A stretch of DNA of 53,334 bases from Thermoleophilia bacterium (lineage in GTDB: Bacteria; Actinomycetota; Thermoleophilia; UBA2241). Below are positions 37,750 to 47,036 of the stretch, one piece after another (position 1 is the first letter of the stretch; each line of letters opens with the position of its first letter). Location of the stretch: positions 1 through 53,334 of the forward strand of contig DASUMX010000253.1 in NCBI GenBank assembly GCA_036277455.1, given 5' to 3'. A program made the position numbers and the translations under genes. The notes under the pieces were generated by a model. It saw only the letters and a program-made list of their open reading frames with translations. It was not told the DNA's origin and did not search any database.

Positions 37750-39399
37750 TCAGGGAGCGGCCGGGGAAGCCGTCTCCCCCGGCGTCGGCGTCGCGGCGGG
37801 GGTCTGGCCGCCGGGGACGGAACCCCCACCGGCGCCGATCCGCTCGAACACGAGCACGCCGTCCTTGGCGAACACCGAGCGGAAGTTCGGGTCGAGCACC
37901 AGCCGGCCGAGGGCGAGCGAGTGCATCTCCTCGTCCTCCCTGTCGTAGAAGAACGGGTGCCGCTGGTCGACGATGACCCAATCCGCCTTCGCGAAGTACG
38001 GGAAGATGTACGCGACTCGCCGCGCCGCGAGCTGTGCGCCGGCGTTGTTGTTGGCCGAGACCCTGGCATCCTCGGGGATCAGCGCGATCGCCTCGTCGAG
38101 CACGGCGTCGTGCGCCGTCCTGGCGTAGTCGGCGCCGCCGTAGGCCGCTCCCGGCAGGGAGAAGGGGAGCGGCCCCAGCACGAAGTTGCCCGCCAGGGCA
38201 CAGAGAAGGACGAGGAGGGCGAGCGTGGAGCGCTGGATACGCTCGCCCCTCATCAGCTCCTCACTCCTGCGGAGGCCACCGCCCAGCCAGCGCCACAGCC
38301 GCGAGACGCCGAGCACGGCGGCGGCGAACAGGAAGGGGATCTCGAGCGCCGTGTAGTGGAATTCGATGCGGCGCTGGAACACCGTGGCCGACAACGCGTT
38401 CAGCGCGTACTCGGGAAGCGCGATGAGCGCCGTCAGCGGGCTCAACACCGAGGTGAAGCCCAAGGGCCACAGCAGCGACAGCAGGTAGCGCAGGTTGGAC
38501 TCCGCGAACACGTCTTCAGCGGTCTGTCCGGGGTGCAGCAGCGCGTTCTTCGCGACCTCTCCCGCGCCGCTGCCGTAGTCCCCATAGCGGGAGATGAAGG
38601 CGCTCTGGTCGCCGTTGTAGTGCGGGATGACGACCCACACCGCGACGGCGAACCACGCGACGGCGAGCAGGGTCACGACGAGCGGCCACGGCGAGCGCTT
38701 GCGCACCGCGAAGTAGGCGCCCATGAAGGCGATCACGAGCGGGACGGTCTCTTTGCACGCCGCCGCGAGGACGAGGAACACGGCGGCACGTACCCAACGG
38801 TCCTCCTCCATGTACAGGAACGCCCAGAGCAGCAGCGGCGTCGCCAGGGCGACGGGGTGGAACTCGTTGAGGACGAGGAAGCCGAGCGCCGGATACAGCA
38901 GGTACGCGCCCGCGAAGAACGCCCCTGCCGTCGGGTCGCGCATGACGCGCGTGCCCAGCCTGAAGGCCGGCCACGCGCCGGTGGCCGCGATCGCGGCCTG
39001 GCCGACGAGCAGCATCACCGGGCTCGGCCAGACCAGCCACGGCAGTGCGAACAGCGCGAGGATGGGGTCCACGTGCGAGCCGAGCCGCGACATCTGCCGC
39101 GGCTCGAGGTCTCCGGTGGTGATCTCGAGGAAGTGGCCGTGCGCCGTGTTGTACACGGCCTGCACCATGTTGCCGAGGTCATAACGAGCGTCCATGTACG
39201 CCCGGTACTTGAGCCACGAAAGCAGGGCGTAGACCACCGTGAAGAGGATCGCGCCGCCGATCACGTAGAGGGCGCGGCGGCGCAGCAGGATCTTCATGCG
39301 CTCATCGTCGAGCTCCTCGATGGGAGCGGGCGCGAAGAAGCCGCCGGCCGGCCCCGTCATGCGCGTCGGGGCCTTCGCCGTCCGCCTGCGCCGGCTCAC
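37750..39399 (-). CDS. DUF2079-family polytopic membrane protein (predicted GT-C-like glycosyltransferase)
   Basis: RYDLGNMVQAVYNTAHGHFLE...LGSHVDPILALFALPW...GQAAIAATGAWPAF is the DUF2079 hallmark. The GTG at 39399 overlaps the upstream stop (GTGA). An alternative ATG lies at 39360. Confidence 0.7.
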   Translation of the reverse strand: MSRRRRTAKAPTRMTGPAGGFFAPAPIEELDDERMKILLRRRALYVIGGAILFTVVYALLSWLKYRAYMDARYDLGNMVQAVYNTAHGHFLEITTGDLEPRQMSRLGSHVDPILALFALPWLVWPSPVMLLVGQAAIAATGAWPAFRLGTRVMRDPTAGAFFAGAYLLYPALGFLVLNEFHPVALATPLLLWAFLYMEEDRWVRAAVFLVLAAACKETVPLVIAFMGAYFAVRKRSPWPLVVTLLAVAWFAVAVWVVIPHYNGDQSAFISRYGDYGSGAGEVAKNALLHPGQTAEDVFAESNLRYLLSLLWPLGFTSVLSPLTALIALPEYALNALSATVFQRRIEFHYTALEIPFLFAAAVLGVSRLWRWLGGGLRRSEELMRGERIQRSTLALLVLLCALAGNFVLGPLPFSLPGAAYGGADYARTAHDAVLDEAIALIPEDARVSANNNAGAQLAARRVAYIFPYFAKADWVIVDQRHPFFYDREDEEMHSLALGRLVLDPNFRSVFAKDGVLVFERIGAGGGSVPGGQTPAATPTPGETASPAAP

Positions 39400-40391
39400 G
39401 CCGCGCCCCTCCGGCGCACGAGCAGCTCGACGCCGACGACGACACCGACGAACACCAGTTCCATCGCCGTCACCCACAGGCGCAGCAGCAGCGCCCAGGT
39501 GAGGGCGACGCCGCCGGGCAGCTCCCTGGACAGCGACGCGGTGAGCACCGCTTCACGCACGCCGATGCCGCTCGGGATGATGAACGCGACCATCCCGGCC
39601 ACGTAGGCGAGCGCGTAGGCGACGATCACGAGCGGAAGCGCGTCCACACCGAGGCCGGTGACGGCCCGCGCCAGCAGCCACGCGCCCGTTCCCGCGACGA
39701 GCCAGTCGAGCGTGAACAGGATCAGCATCACGAGCACGGAACCGAACCCGACGGTGACCTCGAGCGGCGGTCGGTGCAGCAGCCGCAGCGCCCATCCCGC
39801 CAGCGGCCCGAACACGCGAGGGTGCATGAGGGCCACGAGCACGGGGATGACGATCAGGCTGAGCGCGGTGACGCCGGGGCGGTACTCCCAGAAGGGGAAC
39901 AGGACGGCCACGGCCAGCAACGCCCCACACACACCGAGCGCCTGCTCGTAGACCATCGCCGCGGTCACCCGCTCGATGACCAGGCCACGGGAGTGACTCA
40001 TCCAGGCGCGACCGACGAACATGAAGACGTTGCCGGGCACGTAGCGCGCCAGGATCGACTTGCCCCACACCGACGCGGCCGGCCAGAACGGGCTCGGCGC
40101 GCCGCAGCCGCGCAGGAGCAACCACCAGAACCCGGCCTGGGCGAAGTAGTAGACGAGGAAGGCGGCGCCGGAAGCCGCGAGCCAGCCGGCGTCGAACGTC
40201 CAGTCGAACTCCTGGATGCTGCCCCACGAGCGGGCCAGATAGGCGGCGAGGAAGTACACCGTCGCCGCCACGATCGCCGCCTGGGCCAGACGGACGAAGA
40301 GGCGCCGGCGCGAAGAGGGGCGGCGGACCGCCCCGTCGGGCTCCCGCGGAGCCTCCTCGGGACGCCGGCCGGCGGTCTCCCCGGCGCTCAC
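39396..40391 (-). CDS. Flippase-like membrane protein (lysyl-PG synthase TM region / UPF0104 family)
   Basis: The GTG at 40391 (inside ORF 39396..41543) overlaps the GT1 stop (GTGA). About 8 TM with the motif WGKSILARYVPGNVFMFVGRAWM. Confidence 0.65.
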   Translation of the reverse strand: MSAGETAGRRPEEAPREPDGAVRRPSSRRRLFVRLAQAAIVAATVYFLAAYLARSWGSIQEFDWTFDAGWLAASGAAFLVYYFAQAGFWWLLLRGCGAPSPFWPAASVWGKSILARYVPGNVFMFVGRAWMSHSRGLVIERVTAAMVYEQALGVCGALLAVAVLFPFWEYRPGVTALSLIVIPVLVALMHPRVFGPLAGWALRLLHRPPLEVTVGFGSVLVMLILFTLDWLVAGTGAWLLARAVTGLGVDALPLVIVAYALAYVAGMVAFIIPSGIGVREAVLTASLSRELPGGVALTWALLLRLWVTAMELVFVGVVVGVELLVRRRGAA

Positions 40392-41506
40392 GCGCGCTCC
40401 AGGGCGGCGAGCAGCGCGCCGGCGACCGCGGTCGGCGTGAACGCGCGCCGGTACAGCACGAGGGCGGCCGCACCGAGGCGGGCCCGCTCGCGCTCGTCGA
40501 GCAGCCGGCGCAAGGCGGCCGCAAGGGCGGCCGCGTCGCCGGCCGGCGTGAGCAGCGCGGTCTCGCCGTCTCGCAGCCACTCGCGCGCGCCGTCGCTGTC
40601 CGCGCTGATGACCGGCCGGCCGCAGGCGAGCGCGTCGAAGACCTTGTTGGGCACGACGCGCCCGGCCTTCTCGGAGCCGCCGAAGACGCCCAGGCAGACG
40701 TCGGCGGCGAGCGTGTGGCGGCGCAGCTCGCCGGCGGGCAGCTGACCGAGCCACTCCACGTTCGTCAGGCTGCGCGCGGCGATCGCCGCGCGCAGGTCGG
40801 CTGAGAGCTGCCCTTCGCCGATGAGCACGAAGCGGAACGGCTCGGCTCGGAGCAGTTCCGCCGCACCGAGCACGACCTCGGCGCCGTGCAGCGGGCTCCA
40901 CTTGCCGTACTGCAGCACCGTGAGCGGCTCGCCGGGGCCGAGCTCCCGGGCAGCGCCGTCCGCCCTCGGCTCTGGCAGCGCACCGACGGGGACGACCGCC
41001 ACGCGGCGCCGCGCCAGCCCGAACAGTCCCTGATAGTAGGCGGCGTGCGCCCAGGTGTCGGCGAGCACCAGGTCCGGGAGGCGGAAGGCGACCTCGTCCA
41101 CGGCACGGATCGCGGCGGCCCTGGCGCCGTCCGCGCGCACGAGGGCGCGGTCGCCGGCGAACGTGTCCAGCAGGGACACCAGTGGGTCGAACACCAGGCG
41201 CGCGTGGCGAAAGGCGGCGAGCACACGCCCGAACGGCACCAGGAAGTGGCCGGGATAGCCCACGACGACCGCGTCGACCTCGAGGACGACGCGGTGCTGC
41301 GCGAACAGGCGCGCGTGCGCCGCGAGGACGCCGGCGGCCAGGCGCGCCGCGCCACTCGCGCCGGCCATCTCGGCCGCGCTGAGGCGCGGCAACGCGGCGT
41401 GGAACTCGTGGACCTCGACGCCGTGTTCGCGGAGGCCCGCGATGAGCACCGCGTTGCGCGGGTAGTCCGGCTCGTAGGTCCCGAAGTACGCGACGGCCCG
41501 CGTCAC
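40388..41506 (-). CDS. Glycosyltransferase family 1 (GT4-like, GT-B fold)
   Basis: 372 aa. The C-terminal nucleotide-sugar domain reads FGGSEKAGRVVPNKVFDALACGRPVISADSDGAREWLRDGETALL. The GTG start overlaps the GT2 stop (GTGA). Confidence 0.8.
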   Translation of the reverse strand: MTRAVAYFGTYEPDYPRNAVLIAGLREHGVEVHEFHAALPRLSAAEMAGASGAARLAAGVLAAHARLFAQHRVVLEVDAVVVGYPGHFLVPFGRVLAAFRHARLVFDPLVSLLDTFAGDRALVRADGARAAAIRAVDEVAFRLPDLVLADTWAHAAYYQGLFGLARRRVAVVPVGALPEPRADGAARELGPGEPLTVLQYGKWSPLHGAEVVLGAAELLRAEPFRFVLIGEGQLSADLRAAIAARSLTNVEWLGQLPAGELRRHTLAADVCLGVFGGSEKAGRVVPNKVFDALACGRPVISADSDGAREWLRDGETALLTPAGDAAALAAALRRLLDERERARLGAAALVLYRRAFTPTAVAGALLAALERA

Positions 41507-42531
41507 GGCTGTGCGGCGGCTCCGGCGGCGCCCCGCGACGCAACGTCTCCGCCGCCTTCGGCGGGCGGCTCGGGCGCCGCGGCCGACGTCTCCGGCCCGA
41601 GCAGCGCGGCGATCTGCGCCGGGTCCGGACCGCGTCGTGCGCGGGAATTGGCGATGAGCTCGCCGATCAGCCCGAGGCTGAGCAGCTGCACGCCGACGAT
41701 GATGAGCAGCGCCCCGAGGAGGAGCAGCGGGCGCTGCCCGATGGGATTGCCGAACACGAGCTTGTCGATGGTCAGGTAGACCTCGATCAGCACGCCGACG
41801 AGGATGAGCAGCGTTCCGAACCCGCCGAAGAGATGCTGGGGGCGATGCTGGTACCGCCCGAGGAACAGCACCGTGAGCAGGTCGAGGTAGCCGCGCATGT
41901 AACGCTGCCAGCCGTACTTGGAACGACCCGCGGTGCGCCGGCGGTGACTGACCTTGGCCTCCGTGACGCGGAATCCGGCCTGCGCGGCGACGACCGGGAT
42001 GTAGCGGTGCAGCTCACCGTAGACGGAGATCGTGTCGACGACCTCGCGCCGGTACGCCTTGAGGCCGCAGTTGAAGTCGTGCAGCGGGATGCCCGAGGAG
42101 CGGCGCACCGTCCAGTTGAAGAACCGGGACGGCAGGGTCTTGTTCAGCGGGTCCTGGCGCCGCTGCTTCCATCCCGAGACCAGGTCGAAGCCTTGAGAGA
42201 GCGGAGCCGTGAGGTTGGGGATCTCCGCCGGGTCGTCCTGGCGGTCGCCGTCCATCGTGACGATGGTGTCGCCGCGGGCGGCGGCGAAGCCGTGGGAGAG
42301 CGCCGCCGCCTTGCCGAAGTTGCGCCTCAGCTTGACGACGCGCACGTCGTCGCGAGCTTCGGCGAGCCCCTGCATGACCTCGAAGGAGCCGTCGCTGGAT
42401 CCGTCGTCCACGAAGACGATCTCGTAGGGGCTGCCGTACGCGGCCAGCGCCTCGTCGATCTCGGCGACGAGCGGCACGAGGCTGTCCGCCTCGTTGTAGA
42501 CGGGGATCACGAGTGAGAGCAGGGGGCCCAT
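41503..42531 (-). CDS. Glycosyltransferase family 2, polyprenol-phosphate sugar synthase type (DPM1/GtrB-like) with C-terminal TM helices
   Basis: Internal ATG at 42531 of ORF 41503..42651 gives MGPLLSLVIPVYNEADSL... Motifs VDDGSSDGS and MDGDRQDDP, plus two C-terminal TM segments. Confidence 0.8.
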   Translation of the reverse strand: MGPLLSLVIPVYNEADSLVPLVAEIDEALAAYGSPYEIVFVDDGSSDGSFEVMQGLAEARDDVRVVKLRRNFGKAAALSHGFAAARGDTIVTMDGDRQDDPAEIPNLTAPLSQGFDLVSGWKQRRQDPLNKTLPSRFFNWTVRRSSGIPLHDFNCGLKAYRREVVDTISVYGELHRYIPVVAAQAGFRVTEAKVSHRRRTAGRSKYGWQRYMRGYLDLLTVLFLGRYQHRPQHLFGGFGTLLILVGVLIEVYLTIDKLVFGNPIGQRPLLLLGALLIIVGVQLLSLGLIGELIANSRARRGPDPAQIAALLGPETSAAAPEPPAEGGGDVASRGAAGAAAQP

Positions 42532-42601
42532 ACGGCTCTCTAGGATACATCCTCGGTGCACGCTGGCGGGGGGCAGAAGCGCTTGGTAGCATGGAGCGAC
42601 G

Positions 42602-44425
42602 ATGCTGATGAGCAGGAAGACCTGGCTCGTGCTCGCAGTCGCCGCTCTCATCGCGGTGTCCTTCGCCGCGAGCGGGATCGCCGCGAAGAAGTCGTCCGAG
42701 GACCGGCCAAGGTACGTGACGCGCGGGCTTGACTACCTGCACGCGCGGCAGCTGGACAACGGAGGATTCTCGACCGCGGCGAACACAGCCTGGGCCGTCC
42801 TGGGCGCGGTGGCCAGCGGAGAGCGCATGGGCTCCAGCGCGTGGACCAAGAAGGGCAAGAACCCGTTCGAGTACCTGCAGAGCGTCAACCACGAGGCGGC
42901 GGCCACCAGCGCCACCGTGGACAATGCGCCCGTCTACTACGCCCGCATGATCATGGCCTACGTAGCCGTGGACCGGCGAGACCGGGTCTTCGTCGCCGGC
43001 ACCCCGCACGTCGACCTCCTCGCCAAGCTGTACACCTACCAGGACATGGCCGACGGCTCGTCCACCAAAGGCAGCTTCTCGCCGTCCAGCTCCACGCGGA
43101 ACTTCGACGCCGTGAACACCACTTCGTGGGCCGCCCTCTCCATGTACAACTTCGGCCTGTCCACCGAGGAGCGCTTCCTGCTCGCCGAGACGTGGCTGGC
43201 GGGCATGCAGAGCGGGTCGGACGGCGGGTTCCCCGCGGAGGCCGGCAAGAGCTCGGACTGCCGCACCACGGCGCTCGCCATCCAGGCGCTCAGCGTCGGG
43301 CCCGGCAGCCTGTCGTGGGACGCGGCGGCGGCGCGGCAGTTCCTCAAGGACAACCAGAACGCCGACGGCGGGTTCCCGGTGTCGCCCGGCGGCCGCACCG
43401 ACGCCGAAGCCACGTCGGCCGCCATCCAGGCCATCCTCGCCCTCGGCGAGCATCCGGACGACGCCTTCTGGATGGCCGGCATCAACACCCCGACGTACGC
43501 CCTCGGCGTCCTCCAGCAGACCAACGGCGCGTACCGGCTGACCTCCCGCGAGCGCCTGCGCCCACTCGCCGTGACCAGCTGGGCGCTGACGGCGATGCGG
43601 CGCAAGAGCTTCGCCTCGTTCCCCAGGAACATCGGCGTGGCGGAGACGGCGTTCAAGTTCCGCCCCGTGTTCCGCACCGTCTCGCCCAAGAACGGCGCCA
43701 AGTTCAAGTCGCATGTAGTCCTGATCAGGGCGACCTACACGGATTTCTATCCCAAGGGGACCGGCATCAGGCCCTCGGCCTGCCGGCTCTACGTGAACAA
43801 CGAGAACAAGAGCCGCCCGGCGGACATCGAGAAGTACGGGCTCCGCCTGCTGCTCAAGAACGTCCCCAACGGCGCGCACACCTACAAGATCGAGTTGCGC
43901 GACCAGGCCGGTAACGTCAAGGTGATCGAGCGCCGGTTCACCGTCGCGGTCCCGAGCCCGTCTCCCACGTACACGCCGGCCCCCCGGCCTACCTACAATC
44001 CCGGCCCTGTCTACCCGACGGTACTTCCCACCAGCGTCCCGACGCCCAGGCCGTACACCACGCCCACCCCCACGCCCACACCGACGCCGTACTCCACGGT
44101 GACGCCGTACCCGTACTACAGCCCGTCGCCCGCGGCGAGCCCCGTGGTCACAGGGTCGCCGCTCCCCTCGCCCAGCGCGTCGGCGAGCCCAGCGGGAGCA
44201 GGTGACGGCGAAGAAGGTAGTGCCGCAGGCTTCGTGGGTGGTACCCTGCTCGCCATGCTTCCCATCGGCGCCGTCATCTCCTATCTGCTCCTGCAGCGCC
44301 GCGAGGAGAGCCTCGCTGCGGCCAGCCAGGGTACGGTGCTGGACGGCGGAGGCAGCGCCTGGGATCGGTTCAAGCAGACCCTCGCCCGGTCCAAGGACCT
44401 GACGCGACCTTCGTCGCGGGAATGA
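42602..44425 (+). CDS. Exported, C-terminally membrane-anchored protein with prenyltransferase/squalene-cyclase-type alpha/alpha-toroid repeats, an Ig-like module and a Pro-rich stalk
   Basis: 607 aa. N-terminal signal MLMSRKTWLVLAVAALIAVSFAASGIAA. Repeats RQLDNGGFS, MQSGSDGGFP and NQNADGGFP. A beta-rich segment FKFRPVFRTVSPKNG...KIELRDQAGNVKVIERRFTV. About 90 aa of P/T/S/Y-rich linker, then TM FVGGTLLAMLPIGAVISYLLL and a charged tail. Confidence 0.7.
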   Translation: MLMSRKTWLVLAVAALIAVSFAASGIAAKKSSEDRPRYVTRGLDYLHARQLDNGGFSTAANTAWAVLGAVASGERMGSSAWTKKGKNPFEYLQSVNHEAAATSATVDNAPVYYARMIMAYVAVDRRDRVFVAGTPHVDLLAKLYTYQDMADGSSTKGSFSPSSSTRNFDAVNTTSWAALSMYNFGLSTEERFLLAETWLAGMQSGSDGGFPAEAGKSSDCRTTALAIQALSVGPGSLSWDAAAARQFLKDNQNADGGFPVSPGGRTDAEATSAAIQAILALGEHPDDAFWMAGINTPTYALGVLQQTNGAYRLTSRERLRPLAVTSWALTAMRRKSFASFPRNIGVAETAFKFRPVFRTVSPKNGAKFKSHVVLIRATYTDFYPKGTGIRPSACRLYVNNENKSRPADIEKYGLRLLLKNVPNGAHTYKIELRDQAGNVKVIERRFTVAVPSPSPTYTPAPRPTYNPGPVYPTVLPTSVPTPRPYTTPTPTPTPTPYSTVTPYPYYSPSPAASPVVTGSPLPSPSASASPAGAGDGEEGSAAGFVGGTLLAMLPIGAVISYLLLQRREESLAAASQGTVLDGGGSAWDRFKQTLARSKDLTRPSSRE

Positions 44426-44432
44426 GCCGTCA

Positions 44433-45440
44433 GTGAACGACCTTCAGCAGCTCATCTACGACATCGCCAGGATCCTTCTCTGGCCCGTCCTCATCGCCGC
44501 CGTCATCTGCCTCGTCTGGGTGCTCATCGAGCTCGGCGTGCTGCTGTACGAGCTGTGGCTGCGGTTCCGTTACCGCGACCTTGACGCGCTCGAGGTCCGC
44601 GCCCTGCGCGCGCGCAAGGCGTTCCGCGACGGCAAGCCGCGCACGGCCTACAGGTACCTGCAGGAGAACACCTACTCCCTGGTCGTCGTCCGCTTCCTCT
44701 ACGATCTCATCCGCAACTACCAGACGGAGCGCCTGGCGGCCAAACCGCTGAAGCTCCTGCAGGAGTACGAGTTCTACACCATCAAGCGACTCGAGCGGAC
44801 CCGGATCCTCGTGCGCATCGGCCCCATGCTGGGCCTCATGGGCACGCTGATACCGCTGGCGCCCGCCCTGGTGGGTCTGGCCAGCGGCGATGTCCAGGAG
44901 CTCTCCGACAACCTGGTCACCGCGTTCTCTGTGACCGTGATCGGCCTGCTCATCGGCGGCCTCGCGTTCCTGGTCAGCATCGTGCGCGACCGCCTCTACT
45001 CCCAGGACATCTCGGACATGGAGTATCTGCTGGAGCTGCTCGAAGGCTCCGATGTGAGACTGCGCTCCGGCCGTCGCCTCTCCAAGACCGGCGTCTGGGA
45101 CACCGAGGCGCCGGTCGAGTACGAGGTCGCCGACGAGGACGCGGAGCGCACCGCGATCATCACGCTGCCGGCGACGCCGGACGAGCCGCTGCTCCCCGTG
45201 GCCACCACGCCCGGCCGCAACGGCGGCTCCGGACAGGCCGCCGCGCAGCGCTCGCCGGCGGTCCCCGCAGGGCCGGCGCCGGCGGCTCGGCCGGACGACG
45301 GCGTCGGCCTCACGTTCGACGACCCCAGCATGGACTGGACCCGGGACGACGACCCGTTCGCCGGCCTCGGCCTCATCGACCCGGAGGGCACGGACGATCC
45401 CAAGCCCCGCGGGTCCGGTGGGCCCTTGCGCCGTCGCTGA
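44433..45440 (+). CDS. MotA/TolQ/ExbB-family proton channel protein
   Basis: 335 aa, GTG start 8 nt after the upstream stop. TM1 ILLWPVLIAAVICLVWVLIELGVLL. The signature pair is RIGPMLGLMGTLIPLAPAL and VTAFSVTVIGLLIGGLAFLVSIV. A C-terminal tail of about 120 aa is acidic and Pro-rich. Confidence 0.75.
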   Translation: MNDLQQLIYDIARILLWPVLIAAVICLVWVLIELGVLLYELWLRFRYRDLDALEVRALRARKAFRDGKPRTAYRYLQENTYSLVVVRFLYDLIRNYQTERLAAKPLKLLQEYEFYTIKRLERTRILVRIGPMLGLMGTLIPLAPALVGLASGDVQELSDNLVTAFSVTVIGLLIGGLAFLVSIVRDRLYSQDISDMEYLLELLEGSDVRLRSGRRLSKTGVWDTEAPVEYEVADEDAERTAIITLPATPDEPLLPVATTPGRNGGSGQAAAQRSPAVPAGPAPAARPDDGVGLTFDDPSMDWTRDDDPFAGLGLIDPEGTDDPKPRGSGGPLRRR

Positions 45441-45443
45441 GCG

Positions 45444-46046
45444 ATGCCGGCGAACGACGACCACTCCAGGCTGCAGAACCTCGGCACCGTGATGGGCGCG
45501 CCCGAGAGCGGCTTACGCTACATGCGGCGGCGCAGGGTCGGCACGGCCGACCGCAACGGCGACCCGCTCTACGGTCTCGCCAATCTGTTCGTGGTGGCCA
45601 TCGCGCTCGCCGTGGGCCTTCTCGTCGCGGCCCTCGCGGCGGCCGGTGTCAGTGGCTTGCTCACCAGCGAGAACATGACGATCGTCACCAACCCGGGCAC
45701 GCCCGAGATGCAGGTGATCGTCAAGGAGGGTGACCAGATCACCAAGCTCGACATGCAGTCGGGGGCTGAGGTGGCGGGCGTGGGAACGCTCATCGGCTCG
45801 TTCTACAGGCTCGCCGACGGCACCGTCGTGTACGTCCCGGCGGGGACGACGGCGCCGACCGGCTCCACGCCGGTACCCGGGACGACCCCTGCGCCCGTCG
45901 TGACGCCCACGCCGGGGATCACGCCGACGCCGGGAGCGACGCCGACGCCGGGAGCGACCATCCCTCCCACGGCGCCCCCGACACCCGGCACGACGGCCTT
46001 CCCCACGCCGACGCCGGCGGTGACGCTCACCCCCGCTTCGCTCTGA
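45444..46046 (+). CDS. Single-pass partner protein, DUF2149-like, with extracytoplasmic domain and Pro/Thr-rich tail
   Basis: 200 aa; ATG 4 nt after the exbB-like stop. [31 protein letters not shown] (Asp at the membrane boundary) resembles the DUF2149 N-terminus as I remember it. The C-terminal 60 aa are TP/PG repeats. The true start could be a later Met. Confidence 0.55.
   Translation: MPANDDHSRLQNLGTVMGAPESGLRYMRRRRVGTADRNGDPLYGLANLFVVAIALAVGLLVAALAAAGVSGLLTSENMTIVTNPGTPEMQVIVKEGDQITKLDMQSGAEVAGVGTLIGSFYRLADGTVVYVPAGTTAPTGSTPVPGTTPAPVVTPTPGITPTPGATPTPGATIPPTAPPTPGTTAFPTPTPAVTLTPASL
45921..45956 (+). repeat. Perfect 18-bp tandem duplication inside the Pro/Thr-rich tail coding region
   Basis: acgccgacgccgggagcg occurs at 45921-45938 and again at 45939-45956, encoding TPTPGA twice. 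Confidence 0.85.
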
Positions 46047-46052
46047 CGCGCG

Positions 46053-47036
46053 TCAGCCGAGCGAGCGCAGGAGGTCGACGAGCCGCTGCAACTCGGCCGC
46101 GTCTTTGAAGCCGATCTGGATGGACCCGCCGCGTTTGCCGCTGCGGATCTTCACCGGAGCGTCGAACACCCCGTAGAGTTCGTCCGCCAGCTCGGTGAAG
46201 TCCCGGCCGGCGGCAGGGCGAGGCGCGGGTGCAGCCATGTCCGTCCCCTTCTCGCCCAGCCCGCGCACAAGCGCCTCGACCTGACGCACCGTGAGACCGT
46301 CGGCCACCGCGAGGCGCGCGACGCGGCGTCGCTCACCGTGGTCGGGCAGCGCCAGGAGGGCGCGCCCATGCCCCTCCATGAGGTCGCCGCGCTCGATCAT
46401 CGCCTGTACCTCATCCGGCAGGTCGAGCAGGCGCAGCAGGTTCGTGACGGCGACCCGGCTGCGCCCGACGAGCTGGGCGATCCGCTCGTGGGTGAGATCG
46501 AACTCGTCCACCAGAGCGGCGTAGGCCAGCGCCTCCTCGATCGCGTTGAGATCCTCGCGCGCCACGTTCTCGGCAAGCGCGATCTCCAGCGAGGAGATCT
46601 CGTCCGCCGGACGCACCAGCGCAGGGATGTAGTCGAGACCGGCGAGCTTCGCGGCGCGAAGACGCCGCTCGCCGGCGATGAGCTCGAAGCGGATGCCGGT
46701 GGGGGCAGGCACGCCCGCGGCCGCCTGCCCCTCCGGGTGCAGCGGCCGCACCACCACAGGCTGGACCACGCCGAGCGCCTCTATGGAGGCGGCCAGCTCC
46801 CGCAATTCGTCGTCGGCGAACGTCCGCCGCGGTTGCCGCCGGTTGACGCTGATGTCTGCCAGCGGAAGCTCGCGGAGGCGGCCTTCGCCCAGGGTGGGGA
46901 CCGCGCCGGAGCGCCCCAGCGCCGCGCGGCTCTCGCCGATCAACGCCCCGAGGCCCTTGCCCAGAGCCTTCTTTCCGACGCCGCCGGACCGTCCCGCGGA
47001 CTGGCTCTCAGTGTCGGGATCGCGTGCGTCACTCAC
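46053..47036 (-). CDS. parB: Chromosome partitioning protein ParB/Spo0J
   Basis: [12 protein letters not shown], ParB box [20 protein letters not shown], and [26 protein letters not shown] prefer the GTG at 47036 (8-nt overlap with parA) over the track's start at 47096. Confidence 0.9.
   Translation of the reverse strand: MSDARDPDTESQSAGRSGGVGKKALGKGLGALIGESRAALGRSGAVPTLGEGRLRELPLADISVNRRQPRRTFADDELRELAASIEALGVVQPVVVRPLHPEGQAAAGVPAPTGIRFELIAGERRLRAAKLAGLDYIPALVRPADEISSLEIALAENVAREDLNAIEEALAYAALVDEFDLTHERIAQLVGRSRVAVTNLLRLLDLPDEVQAMIERGDLMEGHGRALLALPDHGERRRVARLAVADGLTVRQVEALVRGLGEKGTDMAAPAPRPAAGRDFTELADELYGVFDAPVKIRSGKRGGSIQIGFKDAAELQRLVDLLRSLG

Noticed and set aside
43930-44200. Repetitive ACGCC/CCGAC-type DNA that could be mistaken for a CRISPR array or minisatellite.
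   Set aside because: It is in-frame low-complexity coding sequence for Pro/Thr-rich linkers. There are no regularly spaced identical repeats with unique spacers. Only the 18-bp duplication at 45921-45956 is a true tandem repeat.
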